From: the human T2T-CHM13v2.0 reference genome, Homo sapiens
DNA length: 64,000 nt
Strand: one strand, 5' to 3'
NCBI RefSeq assembly: GCF_009914755.1
Contig: NC_060935.1
Part shown: positions 61,233-64,000 of the stretch, one piece after another
Layout: every line of letters begins with the position of its first letter
Position numbering within the stretch: the first letter of the stretch is position 1
The notes under the pieces: model-generated
What the model was told of the DNA's origin: nothing
Databases searched by the model: none
The model's input: only the letters and a program-made list of their open reading frames with translations
Translations under genes and position numbers: made by a program

Positions 61233-63466
61233 AATCTTCTCTCTCTCTTTTTTTTTTTTTAAACATTCCTTACATAAAGTAAATCTTTAAAGGTTTGGCA
61301 GGAAGAGTGAGTTTTCAGTACAGATTTTCATTAAAGTCTATTGTCTGTAGCTACTTTGTAATTTTCAATCAATCACAAAAGAATATTGAGAAATGTCCTT
61401 TGATCCTTAGAAGGTTGGTAATTGGTTAAATGGCACCAAGTAGAGAATTAGAGAGAGAGTGCTCATGTTCTGAAATAAACCAATACTAAGAAGGTTTATA
61501 TCACAGAGAAAGTTTTATATAAATGAATTTAAGACCTCACCTGACAAACAGGTAGTCAAGGAACAGGTGAACCCCTTGTTAAATTTATGCTCTCCTTTAA
61601 AGATTTTCTGGAACAACTATCCCAGGATCTTCAAAAATTTTGTGGTACCTCTTTCTCTGTGGTCTTTAATAATACATTAAATTCTCGTTTGTTTATAAGA
61701 GTTTGGTGCAAGATTCTGCCTGCTACCTAGAGGTCTTTCCTTATGTATCTTTAGAAATGAAATTCTCTATTGGAAATAGGAAAAGAAATAAACTGATATT
61801 GAAACCTAATGAGTTAACAGAACATTTGAAGGGAGTTTTAAAAAGGTATCAGGAAGAAACTGATTTTTTTCCTGTGGTATAATACTGAATCATTAAGATA
61901 GTAACTTTAATCATTTGTGCCTATAGTGCCCTTATTTTAGGAGTTCCTAGTTACTACAATGGACTTGAACTTGGAAAGGTAAAACAATACAAAATAGCTT
62001 TTAACTAAAGTTGGGAATATGAGTGCTTAAAAAATATACATGGATTTACCAGTAGCTTTAGAAGGTAAATATACATGACTACTGAAATAAACTACAATTA
62101 TTTTCTAAAAAGTGAGACCAACTTTGGAGATAAAACAAATAAAAGAATGAACAGAAGGCGACTCTGGAAATAACGGTAGTAAAGTTATATAGGACATGTT
62201 GAGATGATAACCATGAAGAGGAGAATCGAATCATTATCTGCAAGTTTCATGTGGATGGCTCTAAAAGAACAAACCCTGCATCCTAAACCCCCTTCAATTT
62301 TATTATTTTGAATTATAATCAAGTCCAAGGAGACTTGGCCTATTATTAACAACTTTGTATGAAGTATTTTTTTCAACCAAATTCATATCATCTTGAATAA
62401 GAACAAAGGATTATGGTTTGAGAATTATTATACTTGCTGGACTTTGAACCAACAGAGTTGATATATTTAATACTTCCACTTCTTAGATGAGGTGGTACTG
62501 AGGAAGGGGTTTGTAACATCTAAGGGGGCCCATAAAAATAGTGTTTAGTTTTCAGTGAAATCTACAGGTGATGCTAAAATGGGAACATTTTTAAAGGGAT
62601 CCTAGTGAGAACAAAAAGACAACAAAAAAGAACCTAAAGGCTATAGCTGCAGGCAGAAAATAGAATAAAATTTACCTTAAAATGTTGTCTAGTGCAATGC
62701 CAAGCATAGATATACAGTGGATGAGCAAAATCTTGTAAGAAATTAGAATTGAGTTTAAAAAGTTATAAAAGAAAACAGACAAGAAATTAGATGAAACTAT
62801 GGTATGTGATCTGGCAGTAAAACAGACAAAAGCTGTTTTAAGGTCTGGAGATAGAGAGGAGGGGAAGGAATGGCAGGATCTGCAGATGACTGAGGGAGGC
62901 CTCACCTGTGACTAAACTCAGCTTCAGTAGCAGAAGAAAATAGTACAGACAGGGTGAACCAGTTGACAAAAGAGATACAGAGGTTGGAACATAGAGCTGA
63001 AGAGAAAGAAATAACAGATGACAGGTTTAGAAACCACATAAAGAATGTGAGATGTAATATGTAGCAGAAGGTGAGATGTAACAGAAATACTGTAAAGAGA
63101 AACAGTCTGTCCAGAAACTCTTCCTAGGGGATAAGGCTAGGGGATATTTCCCCAGAGAAACCATGAAAACACAATTATTCTGGATTTCAAGTGAAATTAG
63201 GCAAGCTCCTGGAAGCTCTGTTATAAAGAGCTCTGCTTAGAGGCCTTGTTGAAAGAACTGAAGGATCTTGTAGGAACAAGACAAATTAGAGATTTACGGT
63301 AATTGTTGTTATTTTTTTTTAATTGACATAACATTACACAATATTTGGAAGACAGGAAGAAATCAATAATAAGCCAAAACCCTAATCCAGTGAATAAATA
63401 CAATTCATATCTTTTAAATTTTTAATCACTTTCCTTATTCAGACCTACTTTAAAGTAGCTAAAATT

Positions 63467-63772
63467 GGCTGGGCACGGTGGCTCATGCCTGTAATCCCAG
63501 CTCTTTGGGAGGCCGAGGTGGGTGGATCACTTGAGGCCAGGAGTTCAAGACCAGCCTGGCCAACCTGGCGAAACCCCATCTCTACTAAAAATACAAAAAT
63601 TAGCTGGCCATAGTAGCATATGCCTGTAGTCCCAGCTACTCGGGTGGCTGAGGCATGAGAATCACTTGAACTCAGGAGGCAGAGGTTGCAATAAGTTGAG
63701 ATCGCAGCACCACACTCCAGCCTGGATGACAGAGGAAGACCCTGTCTCAAAAAAACAAAACATAAATAAATG
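63467..63772 (+). mobile_element. AluS
   Basis: TSD AAGTAGCTAAAATT at 63453-63466 and 63773-63786. Confidence 0.95.
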
Positions 63773-64000
63773 AAGTAGCTAAAATTATCATGTACACACA
63801 ATTTTGTTTCCTTTTTTGTTTGTTTGTTTCTTCTTTTATTCTCAGTACCTTCCTCAGGATCCTCCTTAAATATAACATATGAATCATGTTTTTATAATTT
63901 AAATTTCTAACATGCTATAAAGAGTATGTATGTGTGCAGTAACCTTTTCCCAGTGCTCGGCGCATTGATTTTCCATCCTGTATTTCCCTGTTTCTACTGG

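Noticed and set aside
62560-63230. Purine-rich stretch resembling an old L1/HAL1 ORF1 region or a coding exon
   Set aside because: No sustained open frame or splice signals, and the family could not be assigned confidently.

Overview
Primate (almost certainly human) genomic DNA, nearly all intronic. The only host coding sequence I can support is one 103-nt internal exon on the + strand (24077-24179) reading (A)QRHVLTYMEDAVCQLLENREDISQYGIARFFTE(Y). I recognise this from memory as the N-terminal part of CSTPP1/C11orf49, a centriolar-satellite regulator of the tubulin polyglutamylase complex, so the window is probably the flanking large introns of that gene. The rest is transposable elements: about 40 Alus, many L1/L2/MIR fragments, ERV1 and MaLR LTRs, and Charlie/Tigger/MER DNA elements. 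The most notable object is an antisense L1PA5/6-like element (29091-35053, 16-bp TSD) with both ends intact. Its 5' UTR is joined exactly at the known L1 splice donor (after nt 97) and the acceptor near nt 622, making it a spliced integrated retrotransposed element (SpIRE). It also carries a 5'-truncated AluY and a TSD-flanked poly(A)-only insertion. Other points of interest are local template-switch scars, a nested inverted L1/Alu arrangement just downstream of the exon and a candidate RFX X-box. I found no evidence of a new multi-gene system. The ORF-track entries are Alu/L1-derived or noise. Repeat boundaries and subfamily calls are by eye and approximate.
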